Assembly (NCBI GenBank): GCA_026770705.1 | Contig: JANJGN010000152.1 | Location: 1 to 64,000 of the forward strand | DNA from: Isurus oxyrinchus | Taxonomy: Eukaryota | DNA: 64,000 bases | Direction of reading: 5' to 3' | Part shown: positions 63,427 to 64,000 of the stretch, in pieces | How the letters are laid out: each line of letters begins with the position of its first letter | Position numbering within the stretch: the stretch's first letter is position 1 | Program-made: the position numbers and the translations under genes | The notes under the pieces: model-generated | The model's input: the letters and a program-made list of their open reading frames with translations, nothing else | Told to the model about the DNA's origin: nothing | Database searches by the model: none

Positions 63427-64000
63427 CCTTCTGGCAATTTGGGGAAAATGGTTCTGTCCAGAACTCAGTGAACAAACCAGCTCCCGGACTGTTGGATTCC
63501 GGCCCCAGTGAGCGATATTTAAATACCCGGCAGAAGGGGGCGGGTTTCCAGGCGCCGCCTGTTGATTCCCTGGTGGAGGCGGCGACTGGATCCACGCCCC
63601 ACCTTCCATATCCCCAACAGAATGGACTCAGATATTTACAATAGGTTATTGTTAAAAGTGGATATCGGGATATTTGGCTGAATGGATTTATTGGAATGCA
63701 TCCATTGGTTCCAATGGTGAAATTCCAGTTGAACATCTGTTAATAAAAAAAACTAATTCCATTGATAATTAAGTCAATTTATTTCTACACTACCTCACAA
63801 GGGATGGAACCTAAAAAAATAAATTATATTATCAGGGAATAAAGGGAATGTCAGTCTGTTTTGCAGCAACTCCGGGTCTCTATCTCATTACCACAATAAA
63901 GTGTCATCAGTCATAGGAATTATTATTGATTTGTGTAACTAAATGCGGGGGATGAACAAGGTGATTCTATTTACAGCCAGGGTGGCTATCGCTGTACAAT

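Overview
Eukaryotic (cartilaginous fish, shark) genomic DNA from an antigen-receptor region; no prokaryotic features. The IgM leader, V, D and C sequences closely resemble horn shark (Heterodontus)-type IgM clusters as I recall them. Left part (0.9-31.5 kb): six decayed TCR alpha/delta-type V segments in alternating orientation, one pseudogenised NAR-TCR cassette (leader, VNAR-like V, D position destroyed by a LINE, J, leaderless supporting Vdelta), and a second NAR-TCR promoter/leader broken off just inside its V exon. Middle (33.7-43.2 kb): about 9 degenerate tRNA genes among CR1 LINEs and Penelope fragments. Right part (45.1-63.4 kb, minus strand): an apparently intact IgM cluster L-VH-D1-D2-JH-CH1-CH2-CH3-CH4/secretory tail-TM1-TM2 with canonical splice sites and RSSs; its J-C intron holds a G-rich (sense strand) tandem repeat. 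The main point is physical linkage of a complete IgM cluster to NAR-TCR/TCR V sequences. Three assembly gaps (23910-24320, 24949-25083, 56155-56325) limit certainty about linkage.
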